A DNA stretch of 64,000 nt from Halarcobacter sp. (GTDB taxonomy: Bacteria; Campylobacterota; Campylobacteria; Campylobacterales; Arcobacteraceae), in NCBI GenBank assembly GCA_048571215.1, contig CP182352.1:128001-192000 (forward strand), written 5' to 3'. Position numbers and translations under genes: made by a program. The notes under the pieces were generated by a model, which saw nothing but the letters and a program-made list of their open reading frames with translations, was not told where the DNA came from and searched no databases. Shown here in pieces: positions 30,905-41,962 of the stretch (position 1 is the stretch's first letter; each line of letters starts with the position of its first letter).

Positions 30905-33007
30905 ACTCAATCCTACCCTTTGTTTCTCCAAATCAACACTAAGAACTTTTATATTTTCAAGGTTTTGATTTATACTTAAAACTTCACTTGGATGAGAGAT
31001 TCTTTTATTAGATATTTGTGAGATATGAAGTAGGGCATCGTTTTTAAGTCCTATATCTACAAAGGCTCCAAAATCTGTAATGTTTCTAACTATTCCTGAA
31101 AGGGTAAAGCCTTCTTTTAAATCCTCTATTTTAGTTATATCACTTGCAAATTTTACTTGATTGAAGTTTTCTCTTATATCAAAGCCTGGTTTTTGAAGCT
31201 CATTTATTATATCTTCTATTTTAATTAGTGAAGTGTTTAGATTAGTGGCTAATGATTGGTATTGATTTTTTTCTACAGTTTTTATATCACAAGTTTTCTC
31301 TAATCTTTTTACTAAATCATAATCTTCAGGGTGAATAGCTGTATTATCTAAAATAGAATCACCTTTTTTAATTCTAAGGAACCCAACACTTTGTTCATAA
31401 GCTTTTGCTCCAACACCTTTCACATCAAGAAGTTGTTTTTTAGACGTAAATATTCCTAGCTTTTTTCTATGTTCAACAATATTTTTTGCTAAAGTTTCCG
31501 TAATACCAGATACAAAAGATAAAAGTTTAAAGGAAGCGGAATTTAAATCAACTCCAACTTTATTTACTAAATCTACTGTTATGTTTTCAAGTTTTAAACT
31601 TAACTCTTTTTGGTTTACATCGTGTTGGTATTGTCCTATTCCAAGTGATTTTGGGTCTATTTTAACTAAGGCTGCCATAGGGTCTCTTAATCTACTAGCA
31701 ATTGAAATAGCACCTCTAATTGTAACATCAAGATTTGGATACTCTTGGGTTGCTATTTTTGAAGCAGAATATACACTTGCTCCTATTTCACTAACTATTG
31801 CATAGTTTATATTAAGGTTGTTTTCTTTTATAAGATTTGAGATGAAGCTTGCAGTTTCCCTAGAAGCTGTACCATTTCCTATTGCTATTGAAGTTATTTT
31901 GTGTTTTTTAATAAGCTCCAAAACTATTTTTGATGAGGTTTTTATATCCTCTTTTGGTTTTGTTGGATAGATAACACTTGAATCCAAATACTCCCCATTT
32001 TCGTCAATCACTGCAAGTTTACAACCAGTTTTATATCCTGGGTCCATTCCTAAGATTATGTGATTAACTAGTGGTGCTGTTAAAAGTAACTCTTTTAGGT
32101 TTTTACCAAAAAGTTCAATGGCTTCCTTTGAGGCTTTCTCTTTTAGGTTTGCTATTGCTTCCCTTTTTAAACTTGGAAGAAGTAATCTTTTTAGTCCATC
32201 TTTATAGGCTTCAAAAACAAAACTACTAGAGGATTTTGCCCAAGAGGGGATTTTGTACTTTTTGATATTTTCTAAAATATGTTTTTCATCGATATCAACT
32301 TTTATTGATAACTCTTTTTCATTTACTGCTCTTAATATGGCTAAAACCCTGTGGGGTTTTATATATTTTATTTTCTCATTTTGCCCTACAAAACTTGTAT
32401 AAACACCATCTTTTTTAAACTCTTTTGCCTCTTTTATCTCTATTATTCCCCAATTGGAAATAAGGTTTCTTAAAACCTCTTTTGATTTGAAATCATCAGC
32501 ATATCTTTGGGCAATAATATCTTTTGCCCCTTGTATGGCTTCATCTATAGATTTAACATCTTTATTTGTAAAGTTTTTTGCTTTTTGTAAAACTTCATTT
32601 TCATCATATTTCATTGATTGAATAATATTTGCCAAAGGCTCTAAGCCATTTTCAATCGCTTGTGAAGTTCTTGAAGATTTTTTATCTTTAAAAGGTGTGT
32701 ATATATCCTCTAAGGCTTGTAAAGTTGTAGCTTCATTTAAACTTTTTTCAACTCTTTCATTTAAAAAGTTTTTCTCTTTTAGTAGTTCTAAAATCTCATT
32801 TTTTCTTTGAAGTAGTTTTTTTGAGTATGAATAAACCTCTTCAAAAACTCTCAACTCTTCATCTGTTGCACTATTTGTAAACTCTTTTCTATATCTAGCG
32901 ATAAAAGGGATAGTACACCCCTCATCAAGAAGTTTGATTATGTTTTCAATAACTTTTTTTGATAGGGATGTTTTCTCTTCTACTAAAGTTGTAATATTAG
33001 CACTCAA
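30890..33007 (-). CDS. tex: Tex-like RNA-binding transcription accessory protein
   Basis: GCTIPFIARYRKE, DPGYKTGCK, SLGIGQYQHDV, C-terminal S1 domain; TTG 33007 with SD AAGG, overlapping the upstream stop. Confidence 0.92.
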   Translation of the reverse strand: MSANITTLVEEKTSLSKKVIENIIKLLDEGCTIPFIARYRKEFTNSATDEELRVFEEVYSYSKKLLQRKNEILELLKEKNFLNERVEKSLNEATTLQALEDIYTPFKDKKSSRTSQAIENGLEPLANIIQSMKYDENEVLQKAKNFTNKDVKSIDEAIQGAKDIIAQRYADDFKSKEVLRNLISNWGIIEIKEAKEFKKDGVYTSFVGQNEKIKYIKPHRVLAILRAVNEKELSIKVDIDEKHILENIKKYKIPSWAKSSSSFVFEAYKDGLKRLLLPSLKREAIANLKEKASKEAIELFGKNLKELLLTAPLVNHIILGMDPGYKTGCKLAVIDENGEYLDSSVIYPTKPKEDIKTSSKIVLELIKKHKITSIAIGNGTASRETASFISNLIKENNLNINYAIVSEIGASVYSASKIATQEYPNLDVTIRGAISIASRLRDPMAALVKIDPKSLGIGQYQHDVNQKELSLKLENITVDLVNKVGVDLNSASFKLLSFVSGITETLAKNIVEHRKKLGIFTSKKQLLDVKGVGAKAYEQSVGFLRIKKGDSILDNTAIHPEDYDLVKRLEKTCDIKTVEKNQYQSLATNLNTSLIKIEDIINELQKPGFDIRENFNQVKFASDITKIEDLKEGFTLSGIVRNITDFGAFVDIGLKNDALLHISQISNKRISHPSEVLSINQNLENIKVLSVDLEKQRVGLSLKNN

Positions 33008-33734
33008 GTATAATTTCCTTGAAGTCACTTCTTGTGTTCTCTAAAGGTTTATTACTTTTTGCTCTTACTGTGTATACAAAAGAGATTTTAGCTTTATCTG
33101 TATTGTTTTTACTTGCGTGGTGAAGTGTTTTACAATGAAATAAAACAATATCTCCTTTTTCTAGATTTTGGTGAACTCTATTTTTTATAATCTCTTGATT
33201 GTATTCGTTCTCATCAACGAAGTTTGAATCCTCATCAAATGAACTTTTTTCAAAATTGATTTTATGAGTTCCTGGAATAAACTCTAATAAACCATTTTCT
33301 AAAAACTCCTCATCTAAAGCTAACCAAACAGATACTAAATCATCATTTTCAAAATTCCAATATCTTCTATCTTGGTGCCAAAATGTTCTAGTACTTTCAT
33401 GGGGTAGTTTAGTCATAATAGAGTTGTGATGGGCTAAAGTTAAAACGGGAGTATCATTTAAAACTTGTTTTAACATAGGTCTTATATCAAGATTTGTCAT
33501 CCACTCTTTAAAAATCTCTTCTCTATCATATACTTGTCTTAATCTTCTAACTGTTATTTTGTCCTCATTTAGACTCATATACTCTTGTTCACTCTCTATT
33601 GGAGCTGTTTTTTTTTCAAGATGATTTTTTGCTTTTTTTAAAATTTCATCACAAAGTTCTTCCTTGGCAAAAGATTTTATTATGATAAATCCATCTTTGT
33701 TAAATTGGTCTAATTGTTCTTGTGATAGTTTCAT
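32997..33734 (-). CDS. Phytanoyl-CoA dioxygenase (PhyH) family Fe(II)/2-OG oxygenase
   Basis: WHQD (HxD), SVWLALD, IPGTH, GDIVLFHCKTLHHA. Confidence 0.88.
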   Translation of the reverse strand: MKLSQEQLDQFNKDGFIIIKSFAKEELCDEILKKAKNHLEKKTAPIESEQEYMSLNEDKITVRRLRQVYDREEIFKEWMTNLDIRPMLKQVLNDTPVLTLAHHNSIMTKLPHESTRTFWHQDRRYWNFENDDLVSVWLALDEEFLENGLLEFIPGTHKINFEKSSFDEDSNFVDENEYNQEIIKNRVHQNLEKGDIVLFHCKTLHHASKNNTDKAKISFVYTVRAKSNKPLENTRSDFKEIILEC

Positions 33735-33775
33735 TGTTTTCCTAGAAATTTAATTGTGTAATTCTACTTTAGTTT

Positions 33776-34213
33776 TTATATTACAAACATTAATTTTGCT
33801 AAGATTATTATAATAACACCTAAAAATAAAACTATATTATGAAAGTGTGCCATTATAGGATTTGGTTTCTTTTTTAATACTCTTCTAGTTAAGGAGTAGA
33901 TTATACCGCTTACAATAATTAGGGCGAGTAATACTTTTATCAAAAGAAGTATTTGTAAATTTGAGTTTATAAATCCCTTTTCACTATTTATATATTTTGA
34001 AAACATAAATCCACCTGAGAGTACAAGCAGTAATACACTTAGTGGAAAAATTTTTCTTGCTCTATTTGAGATAGTTTGTTTAACTTTTTCTTGGGTTTTT
34101 TCATCTAAGACATCTTTTATTGCAGGAAATACAAAAACATCTGCAAATACATAACCTATAAATATTATTGCACAAAAAAGATGGATTATTAAAGCTATTG
34201 GATAAGCATCCAT
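33776..34213 (-). CDS. Four-TM membrane protein, CopD-like / Cj0830-like
   Basis: IIHLFCAIIFIG...D at the N-terminus and FHNIVL...ILAKLMF at the C-terminus; family assignment is from recall. Confidence 0.55.
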   Translation of the reverse strand: MDAYPIALIIHLFCAIIFIGYVFADVFVFPAIKDVLDEKTQEKVKQTISNRARKIFPLSVLLLVLSGGFMFSKYINSEKGFINSNLQILLLIKVLLALIIVSGIIYSLTRRVLKKKPNPIMAHFHNIVLFLGVIIIILAKLMFVI

Positions 34214-34267
34214 TTAAGTCCTTATATTTTATTTTGAGAATTATAATCAAAATAAGGTTTGAAATCA

Positions 34268-34281
34268 TTGATATACATCAA
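34268..34281. promoter_or_regulatory. Crp/Fnr-family (FNR/Nss-type) binding site
   Basis: Perfect TTGAT-ATAC-ATCAA between divergent promoters (TATAAT on - at 34240-34245 and on + at 34301-34306). Confidence 0.7.
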
Positions 34282-34352
34282 TTTATAAGAAGAATTATTT
34301 TATAATCTCACATGCATGGAAATTGATTAAAACATTATCTAAAGGAAACTAT

Positions 34353-34778
34353 ATGAAAAAGTTTTTATCAGTTGTGAGTATTGGTGCATTTTTGTTAACT
34401 TCAAATTTACAAGCAGAACAAAACAAAGGTTTAAATGTTGTTTTAACTTCAGGTGAGCCTCAAACTCAATTGATGGCAATGGTTCTATCAATGATGACTT
34501 TAAATCAAGAAAAATTAGTTAATATGACTCTTTGTTCAAAAGCGGGTGATTTAGCTATAAAAGGGAAAGAGAGTCCTATTTTAAAACCTAAAAATAAATC
34601 TCCTAAAATGATGCTTCAAGCAATAATGAAAAAAGGTGCAAAAGTGGAAGTTTGTCCTTTATATCTTCCAAATGCTAATTTAGATAAATCAAACCTAATA
34701 GAGGGTATAAATGTAGCAAAACCACCAATGGTGGCTAAGCAGTTATTAAATAGTGAATTTACTACTTTAAGTTACTAA
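34353..34778 (+). CDS. Secreted DsrE-like protein
   Basis: SD AAGGA; signal peptide; TQLMAMVLS, LCSKAGDLA, VEVCPLYLPN. Confidence 0.65.
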   Translation: MKKFLSVVSIGAFLLTSNLQAEQNKGLNVVLTSGEPQTQLMAMVLSMMTLNQEKLVNMTLCSKAGDLAIKGKESPILKPKNKSPKMMLQAIMKKGAKVEVCPLYLPNANLDKSNLIEGINVAKPPMVAKQLLNSEFTTLSY

Positions 34779-34808
34779 AAATTTAAGAGGAGTTTTCCTC
34801 TTAAATTT
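34779..34808. terminator. Bidirectional terminator
   Basis: AAATTTAAGAGGA-GTTT-TCCTCTTAAATTT, perfect 13-bp stem between convergent genes. Confidence 0.8.
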
Positions 34809-35676
34809 ATGGATGTACCTCTTTTAGTGCATCAGCAATAGATGTAATAGTTCTAACTGTACAAACTCCTGCTCTTTCTAAGGCTGCATATTTTTCATTT
34901 GCAGTTCCTTTACTTCCATCAATAATTGCCCCAGCATGACCCATTCTTTTACCTTTTGGTGCAGTAACTCCAGCGATGTAAGAAACAACAGGTTTAGTAA
35001 CATACTCTTTTATAAATTCTGCTGCTGCTTCCTCTTTTGCTCCACCAATCTCACCAATCATCACTATAGCTTTTGTATCTGGGTCTGCTTCAAACATCCT
35101 TAACATATCTATAAAATCACTTCCAGGAACTGCATCTCCTCCAATACCAACGCAAGTGCTTTGACCAAATCCTGCAAGGGTTGATTGATTTACAGCTTCA
35201 TAGGTTAAAGTACCTGAACGCGAGACTATACCAACACTTCCTGGCATATGAATAGATTCTGGCATAATCCCCATCTTACATTGACCTGGTGTTATTATCC
35301 CTGGGCAATTTGGACCAATAAGTCTTGATCCATTTAAATCGATTGCAGCTTTTACATCAAGCATATCTAAAGTTGGGATACCTTCTGTTATACAAACGAT
35401 TGTTTCAATACCATTTTCACTAGCTTCAATAATTGCATCTTTGCAAAAGGGTGCTGGAACATAGATGATTGAAGCATTTGCCCCTGTTAGTCTTTTTGCA
35501 CACTCAACTGTGTTATAAATTGGTAAATCCAAATGTGTCTGACCCCTTTTACCTGGTACAACACCTGAAACAACATTTGTACCATATGCTATAGCTCTTT
35601 GGGTATGGAAACTTGCTTGTGCTCCTGTTAAACCTTGAACTAATACTTTTGTGTTTTTATCAATTAAAATAGCCAT
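34807..35676 (-). CDS. sucD: Succinyl-CoA synthetase alpha subunit
   Basis: [25 protein letters not shown] (phospho-His). Confidence 0.97.
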   Translation of the reverse strand: MAILIDKNTKVLVQGLTGAQASFHTQRAIAYGTNVVSGVVPGKRGQTHLDLPIYNTVECAKRLTGANASIIYVPAPFCKDAIIEASENGIETIVCITEGIPTLDMLDVKAAIDLNGSRLIGPNCPGIITPGQCKMGIMPESIHMPGSVGIVSRSGTLTYEAVNQSTLAGFGQSTCVGIGGDAVPGSDFIDMLRMFEADPDTKAIVMIGEIGGAKEEAAAEFIKEYVTKPVVSYIAGVTAPKGKRMGHAGAIIDGSKGTANEKYAALERAGVCTVRTITSIADALKEVHP

Positions 35677-36854
35677 TAGTTCGCCCCTTTTTCATCTTGC
35701 GTAAGTTCTATGATTTTTTGTGCTGCTTTATCAAGATTTGCTTCTTCGTATACAGATACCTCAGAGTTTTTGATAAGTTCCAGACCCTCTTTAGCATTTG
35801 TTCCCTCTAGTCTCACAACTATAGGGATATTTATATTCATAGCTTTAACGGCACTAATAATACCCGAAGCTATAATATCACACCTTACAATACCCCCAAA
35901 GATATTTACTAAAATACCATTTACTTTTTCATCTGAAAGTATAATTCCAAAGGCTTCAATAACTCTTTTTTCATTTACACTACCACCAACATCTAAAAAG
36001 TTTGCAGGTTCCCCACCGTGAGTATTTATAAGATCCATAGTAGCCATTGCTAAACCAGCACCATTTACCATACAACCAATATTACCATCAAGTGAAACAT
36101 AGTTTAAGTCAAGTTTTTCAGCTTTTAGTTCTCTGCTATCCTCTTGTGATTCATCTCTAATCTCATTTATCTTAGCTTGTCTGTAAAGTGCTGAGTTATC
36201 CACAACAACCTTACCATCAAGACAGATTATATAACCTTGTTTTGTGATAACTAAAGGATTTATCTCAACAAGTGAAAGGTCATTTTCCACAAACATTTTA
36301 TAAATCTTTTGCATCAAATCAATCATTTGAGCGCTTTGTGTTTTATCCAAACCTAAATCATCGCAGATTTGTCTACATTGTGCTGGCATAATTCCAACTA
36401 CAGGATTGATTGGGTTTCTTAAAATCTTTTCTGGAAATTTTTCAGCTACCTCTTCAATCTCCATACCACCTTCACTTGAAGTTATTATCATAACCCTTTG
36501 AGAGGTTCTATCAACAATAAAAGCTAAATATATCTCTCCAACTATATCGCAAGGTTCTTCAATATAAATAGAGTTTACAGGTTGACCCTCTTTAGTAGTT
36601 TGATATGTTACAAGATTACTTCCAAGTAATCTTCTAACCTCTTCATTTGCCTCTTGTTTAGAGTCAACAAGTACAACTCCACCAGCTTTTCCACGACCAC
36701 CCGCATGAACTTGTGCTTTTATAACCCATCTATCTTTTCCAATAGTTCTTAATATATCATCAAGTTGCGAAGGGTGAGTTAGTAGTTTCCCTTTAGTTGT
36801 AGGAATATCATATTTTCTATATAAATTTTTTGCTTGATATTCATGTAAATTCAT
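35676..36854 (-). CDS. sucC: Succinyl-CoA synthetase beta subunit
   Basis: [45 protein letters not shown]; start moved to ATG 36854. Confidence 0.97.
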   Translation of the reverse strand: MNLHEYQAKNLYRKYDIPTTKGKLLTHPSQLDDILRTIGKDRWVIKAQVHAGGRGKAGGVVLVDSKQEANEEVRRLLGSNLVTYQTTKEGQPVNSIYIEEPCDIVGEIYLAFIVDRTSQRVMIITSSEGGMEIEEVAEKFPEKILRNPINPVVGIMPAQCRQICDDLGLDKTQSAQMIDLMQKIYKMFVENDLSLVEINPLVITKQGYIICLDGKVVVDNSALYRQAKINEIRDESQEDSRELKAEKLDLNYVSLDGNIGCMVNGAGLAMATMDLINTHGGEPANFLDVGGSVNEKRVIEAFGIILSDEKVNGILVNIFGGIVRCDIIASGIISAVKAMNINIPIVVRLEGTNAKEGLELIKNSEVSVYEEANLDKAAQKIIELTQDEKGAN

Positions 36855-36951
36855 TATATCTCCAAATAGTGTTTCCAATGGAAACTTTTTGTGAAATTAT
36901 ACAGAAATTTTCTTAATTTTATATATTTATAAGAAATAGTATTTTGAAAAT

Positions 36952-36982
36952 AAAAAGGGGTTAAAAAAAAGATTTAACCCCT
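36952..36982 (-). terminator. Terminator downstream of ALDH copy 1
   Basis: AGGGGTTAAA/TTTAACCCCT stem with a T-run on the minus strand. Confidence 0.7.
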
Positions 36983-37000
36983 AAAGAAAGTTTTAATATT

Positions 37001-38392
37001 TTATAAAGAAGGGGATTTAATAACCATCATTTTTTGGTTTTGCATTTCTCTCATAGAATCAGCGATACCACCAAGACCAAGACCAGAAGTTTTAGCACCA
37101 CCAAAAGGCATCCAGTCAACTCTAAATGCAGTATGGTCATTTACCATAATAGCTGTACCATTTAATCTTTTAACTGCTTTAAGTGCAGTGTCAATATTTT
37201 TAGTAAATACAGCAGCTTGGAATGAAACATCTAATTGATTCGCTCTGTCAATAGCTTCATCTAAAGTTTTATATGAATAAACAACAACAACTGGACCAAA
37301 AATCTCTTTTTGAGAAATGATAGCATCATCAGCTGGGTTTACAATTACAGTTGGTTCATAACAAGAATCAGAGATTCTTTTACCACCAATTAAAATTTTA
37401 CCACCCTTAGTAACAGCTTCATTAACCCACTCTTCAACTCTATTTACTTCATTGTGATTAATTAATGGACCAACTTCAGTTTTTGGGTCTAATTGATCAC
37501 CAACAACCAATTTAGAAGCATAGTCAGTTAATTTATTTGCAACTTCATCACAAATAGATTCATGTACAAAAATTCTTTGAACAGATACACAAACTTGACC
37601 AGCATGATAAAAACCACCTTTTCCTAAATCAGGAATCATAGCATCTATATCTGCATCTGGCTCAACAATAACAGGAGCAACCCCACCATGCTCTAAAGCA
37701 GATCTAGTTCCAGGAGATGCTTTTGAGTTTAAGTACCAACCAACAGGTCCTGAACCAATAAATGTAAAGAATGCAGTTTTAGGAGATGTTACAAGTAGCT
37801 CTCCCCCTTTTCTGTCACAAACAACAGCTTGTGCCCAACCATCAGGAAGTCCAGCTTCTTTTAAAATCTCAACTAATCTAATAGCTGACATAGGAGTTTG
37901 AGTAGCTGGTCTAATAATTACAGGACAACCAACAGCAATAGCAGGTATTACTTGGTGAACTGCAAGGTTAAAAGGATGGTTAAATGCAGAGATTGCTGCA
38001 ACTACACCAATAGGTTCTTTCATTGTGTAAGCCATTCTGTTTACACTAGTAGGTGTGTGACCCATAGCAATCTCATGACCCTCTTGTACACTTAATTGCT
38101 CAATAGCAATCTTAATACCATTGATAGCTCTTAGAACTTCAACCTTAGAATCCATATATGGTTTACCACCTTCACTAGCACAAAGAATAGTTAACTCTTC
38201 TACTTGTGAAGACATAATTTTCATAACATTTTCTAAAATCTCAACTCTTTTAAATTTTGGAATCCAGTTATCAACATCTAAAAACTTCTCATAAGCTAAA
38301 TCTATTGTAGATTCTACTTCTTCAAAACTACTAAATGGTACTTCTCCTACTACTTTCCCATCATATGGTGATGTTACTTCTATTTTACTCAT
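37001..38392 (-). CDS. NAD(P)+ aldehyde dehydrogenase, copy 1 (candidate succinic-semialdehyde dehydrogenase)
   Basis: FNHP, FIGSG, LEHGG, HAGQVCVS (catalytic Cys), EIFGP, MPFGG. Confidence 0.9.
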   Translation of the reverse strand: MSKIEVTSPYDGKVVGEVPFSSFEEVESTIDLAYEKFLDVDNWIPKFKRVEILENVMKIMSSQVEELTILCASEGGKPYMDSKVEVLRAINGIKIAIEQLSVQEGHEIAMGHTPTSVNRMAYTMKEPIGVVAAISAFNHPFNLAVHQVIPAIAVGCPVIIRPATQTPMSAIRLVEILKEAGLPDGWAQAVVCDRKGGELLVTSPKTAFFTFIGSGPVGWYLNSKASPGTRSALEHGGVAPVIVEPDADIDAMIPDLGKGGFYHAGQVCVSVQRIFVHESICDEVANKLTDYASKLVVGDQLDPKTEVGPLINHNEVNRVEEWVNEAVTKGGKILIGGKRISDSCYEPTVIVNPADDAIISQKEIFGPVVVVYSYKTLDEAIDRANQLDVSFQAAVFTKNIDTALKAVKRLNGTAIMVNDHTAFRVDWMPFGGAKTSGLGLGGIADSMREMQNQKMMVIKSPSL

Positions 38393-38423
38393 GTTTTTTT
38401 CCTTATTTAAAATTTATTATTAA

Positions 38424-38951
38424 TTAATTTTGTGTAAAATCTTTTGCATTAAAAGATAAATCATCTGAAGACAATCGATATAGTTTCAGGTTATCTACAC
38501 AATAAGCACCTTGTTTTTCATAAAACTTCATTGCTTTATTATTCCAATCTAAACATGCCCATTCTAAATATTCACACCCTTTATCAATAGAATATTTTGC
38601 AAGATATTGAAACATGATTTTTCCTAAACCCTTACCTCTTACACACTCATCTATAAAAAATGCATCGATATATAGTCCTTTTCGACCAGAAAATGCAGAA
38701 CTCTTTTGATGAAAATATATAAAAGAGCATATCTTGTTTTTATAAATACCAAAAACGGCTTCTCCTAATTTTTCATCTAACAATCTTTTTATACGTTTTG
38801 GTGTTGCTGTTATAGCATCTTCCATTTTTTGAAAAGTTCCAAGTTTTTTCATGAAAGTTACAATTAATTGTGCATCGTCACTTGTTGCCATTCTTAAACT
38901 ATAATCTGAATTTTTGCTAGATATTAAATTTTCCTTTACTTTTTCAGACAT
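38424..38951 (-). CDS. GNAT N-acetyltransferase (diamine/spermidine acetyltransferase-like)
   Basis: GLYIDAFFI, RGKGLGK, LEWACLDWNNKAMKFYEKQGA. Confidence 0.8.
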   Translation of the reverse strand: MSEKVKENLISSKNSDYSLRMATSDDAQLIVTFMKKLGTFQKMEDAITATPKRIKRLLDEKLGEAVFGIYKNKICSFIYFHQKSSAFSGRKGLYIDAFFIDECVRGKGLGKIMFQYLAKYSIDKGCEYLEWACLDWNNKAMKFYEKQGAYCVDNLKLYRLSSDDLSFNAKDFTQN

Positions 38952-38964
38952 AATATTGGTTTGT

Positions 38965-39405
38965 TTATTGATAATCAGTTAATCTTATTACAAATACTGA
39001 ACATGCAGCATGTCTCATAACACGCTCTGAAGTACTACTTATAAAGTAACTTCCAAGTCCCGGTTTTGTTGCCATCATAACAATAGCATCAGCCTTAATT
39101 CTTCTAGCTTCTTCTAGAATCTCCCTATGTGCTGAACCATCTCTTATATTAAAAGTGATTTTATCTTCAGGCAAGGAGTGCTTTTTTGCGATTTTTTTCA
39201 ACTCAATAAATGCATCATGATTGTAGTGTTTCTCATTTTCATCATCAAGAATTGGGTAAACAGAGCCATGAGCTCTATTTTCATTAACATATAATAAAGA
39301 TAATTTTCCATCTTCATTATTTAGTACTTCTAATGCTCCTGCAAAAAGTTTTTCGTGATTATCTATATAATCTAAATGCAATGGAACTAAAATATTTTTG
39401 AACAT
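38965..39405 (-). CDS. Universal stress protein (TRAP-associated, TeaD/UspG-like)
   Basis: MFKNILVPL, GSAHREILE, ADAIVM, SSTSERVMRHAACSVFVIR. Confidence 0.88.
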   Translation of the reverse strand: MFKNILVPLHLDYIDNHEKLFAGALEVLNNEDGKLSLLYVNENRAHGSVYPILDDENEKHYNHDAFIELKKIAKKHSLPEDKITFNIRDGSAHREILEEARRIKADAIVMMATKPGLGSYFISSTSERVMRHAACSVFVIRLTDYQ

Positions 39406-39416
39406 CATTATGCCTT

Positions 39417-40550
39417 TCACATTGATTTATCAAGTATTTTTTCTACTATTGTAGAATTTACGATTTTATTTTCACCAAATTCGCTAAATCCATGTTTTTC
39501 TAATAATGGAATTACCTTTTGTTTTACTTCTTTATCATCAGTATATTTTGAAAGTTTAAGTTCCACACCTAATGATTTATATAAGTCTTCAATTTTTTCT
39601 ATTATCTCATCTTCATCTTGGGTATCAATATTAAATACATTTTTTCCCAATTGAATAAGTTTGTCTCTTTTATGTTCTTTTAATACTCTTAAAAGATTTG
39701 GTTGTATAATTGCCAAAGTTCTAGCATGGTCAATTCCATATAGTCCACTAAGCTCATGACCTATATAGTGTGTAGCCCAATCTTGAGGTACACCTAAACA
39801 AATAAGACCATTTAGTGCTTGGTTTGCCAACCACATTAGGTTTGCATACCAAAGATCATTTTTATTATCTATTGTTGATGCTAATTCAACTAGTGCTCTT
39901 AATATCCCTTCACTATAGTTATCTTGTGCTAACATACCATGTTTATATGTAAGATATTGTTCACAGGTGTGAATAAAAGAATCAATAAGTCCATTTACTA
40001 TTTGTCTTTCATCTAAACTTTTTAGTACGTCTGGGTCCAATATAGCAAATTTTGGGAAAGAGTGTTCTGATCTAAAAAATCTTTTTTCTTTTGTCTGTTT
40101 TTTTGTTATAACAGAACCTGTATTTGATTCACTCCCTGTTGCTGCTAGTGTTAAAACAGCTCCAATTGGTAAGGCTTTTGTAGAGATATATTTACCTTCA
40201 AGCAAATCCCAAGGCTCTCCATCATAATAAAAAGCATTAGCTACATATTTTGCACCATCAATTACAGAACCTCCACCTACAGCTAATATATAATCAACAT
40301 TTTTCTCTTTTGCTAATTTTATTGCATTGTCAAGATTTTCTTTTGTAGGGTTTGGCTCTACTCCACTAAATTCATACCAAGTGTATCCTTCCAAAGAGTC
40401 TACAACTTGTTTGTATACACCATTTCTTTTTATACTTCCACCACCATATATAAATAATACCTTGTGGTTTTTTGGAATAAATGAAGATATAGTGTTGATT
40501 TTACCTTGCCCAAACTCGATTCGAGTAGGATTTAAATATGAAAATTCCAT
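39417..40550 (-). CDS. Iron-containing alcohol dehydrogenase / aldehyde reductase (YqhD-like)
   Basis: NPTRIEFG, YGGGSIK, GGGSVIDGAK, TLAATGSE, DWATHYIGHE, DHARTL. Confidence 0.9.
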   Translation of the reverse strand: MEFSYLNPTRIEFGQGKINTISSFIPKNHKVLFIYGGGSIKRNGVYKQVVDSLEGYTWYEFSGVEPNPTKENLDNAIKLAKEKNVDYILAVGGGSVIDGAKYVANAFYYDGEPWDLLEGKYISTKALPIGAVLTLAATGSESNTGSVITKKQTKEKRFFRSEHSFPKFAILDPDVLKSLDERQIVNGLIDSFIHTCEQYLTYKHGMLAQDNYSEGILRALVELASTIDNKNDLWYANLMWLANQALNGLICLGVPQDWATHYIGHELSGLYGIDHARTLAIIQPNLLRVLKEHKRDKLIQLGKNVFNIDTQDEDEIIEKIEDLYKSLGVELKLSKYTDDKEVKQKVIPLLEKHGFSEFGENKIVNSTIVEKILDKSM

Positions 40551-40590
40551 TTTTTTCCTTCTTTAGAAATTTTTAAATTTAGTGATTATC

Positions 40591-40638
40591 CAGAAAGGTT
40601 TGTACTACCTTTCTGAAAGGGAGTTTATAAATCCCTTT
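40591..40638. other. Tandem hairpins between dctM and the ADH gene
   Basis: CAGAAAGGT/ACCTTTCTG and AAAGGGA/TCCCTTT stems, with no U-tail on the minus strand. Confidence 0.5.
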
Positions 40639-41962
40639 ATCCCATAACTTTATCTGGTAACCAAAGAACAATCTCTGGGAAAACCATACAGATAATTAGA
40701 ACTGTTAAATTTACTAAAATAAATGGAGTAACTGATTTATAAATCTCTCCCATTCCTATTTCTGGTGGTGCAATACCTTTTAAATAAAATAGTGCAAAAC
40801 CATAAGGTGGAGTTTGTACTGCTATTAAAATATTTATAATCATTAAAACACCAAACCAAATTGGGTCATATCCTAAACTAACAGCAATTGGTGTAAATAG
40901 TGGTGCACACATTAGTACAATAATAAACTCATCAATAATAAATCCAAGGAAAAGCATAATAAATTGAAACATAATAATAATCATAATTGGAGGTAGGTCT
41001 AATCCATGAGTAAAATCTGCAATCATCCCTTGAATTCCCATTAATAAATGGAAGTTACTAAATACAGAAGCACCTAAAATAATCCACATGGCAACACTTA
41101 CTAAGATACCTGTTTGTAGTCCAACTGTTCGCATCATTTCTAATTTGAATCGTTTAAAGAATATTGCAAGTAAAATTGCACCAACAACACCTAAGGCACC
41201 AGATTCAGTTGGAGTTGCTATTCCACTAATAATACTACCTAGAACAACAAAGATTAAACCAATTGAAAGAAAACCATCTCTAAATACTCTAAGTTTTTCT
41301 TTCCCTTTTAGTTTAGGTAAACCTGGATTGTTTTCACTAAGTAGTGGAGCATTTTCAGGTTTGATAATTGAACTAATTATAATATATGTAACAAGTAGAA
41401 TTACAGTAATAAGTGCAGGTACCATAGCTCCTAAGAACATTCTACCTACTGAATTTTGAGTTGAAGCTGCAAACATAATCATTGGAATACTTGGTGGGAT
41501 TAAAATACCTAAAGCTCCACCAGCCATAATAGTTCCAAGAGCTAGTCTTTTATTATATCCAGCATCTAGCATTGGTTTTAAGGCAATACTTCCTGAGCTC
41601 ATAATACCAGCACCAATGATACCAACCATTGCACCAATCATCGAACAAATAAAAACTACACTGATAGCTAAAGAACCTCTAATCTTACCAATCATCATTT
41701 GACTTGCTTTAAACATTGCATCACCAATACCTGAGTGGGTTAAGAGTTGTCCCATATATATGTAAAGGGGAATAGCCAGTAAAATAAAACTAAAAAAAGT
41801 TGATTCAACAGTAGTTGGAATTACATTAAAAATTCCCTCTCCCCAAGTGAAATAACCTATTAACATAGCAATTCCACCTAAAGCTAAACCTACAGGAGCA
41901 CCTAGTGCAAAGAATATTAAAATACATAATAATAATACCCCTGTTAATAATTCAATACTCAT
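40637..41962 (-). CDS. dctM: TRAP transporter large permease
   Basis: LLAIPLY, GGALGILIPPSIPMI, GIATPTESGA, DPIWFG, QTPPYG. Confidence 0.93.
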   Translation of the reverse strand: MSIELLTGVLLLCILIFFALGAPVGLALGGIAMLIGYFTWGEGIFNVIPTTVESTFFSFILLAIPLYIYMGQLLTHSGIGDAMFKASQMMIGKIRGSLAISVVFICSMIGAMVGIIGAGIMSSGSIALKPMLDAGYNKRLALGTIMAGGALGILIPPSIPMIMFAASTQNSVGRMFLGAMVPALITVILLVTYIIISSIIKPENAPLLSENNPGLPKLKGKEKLRVFRDGFLSIGLIFVVLGSIISGIATPTESGALGVVGAILLAIFFKRFKLEMMRTVGLQTGILVSVAMWIILGASVFSNFHLLMGIQGMIADFTHGLDLPPIMIIIMFQFIMLFLGFIIDEFIIVLMCAPLFTPIAVSLGYDPIWFGVLMIINILIAVQTPPYGFALFYLKGIAPPEIGMGEIYKSVTPFILVNLTVLIICMVFPEIVLWLPDKVMG

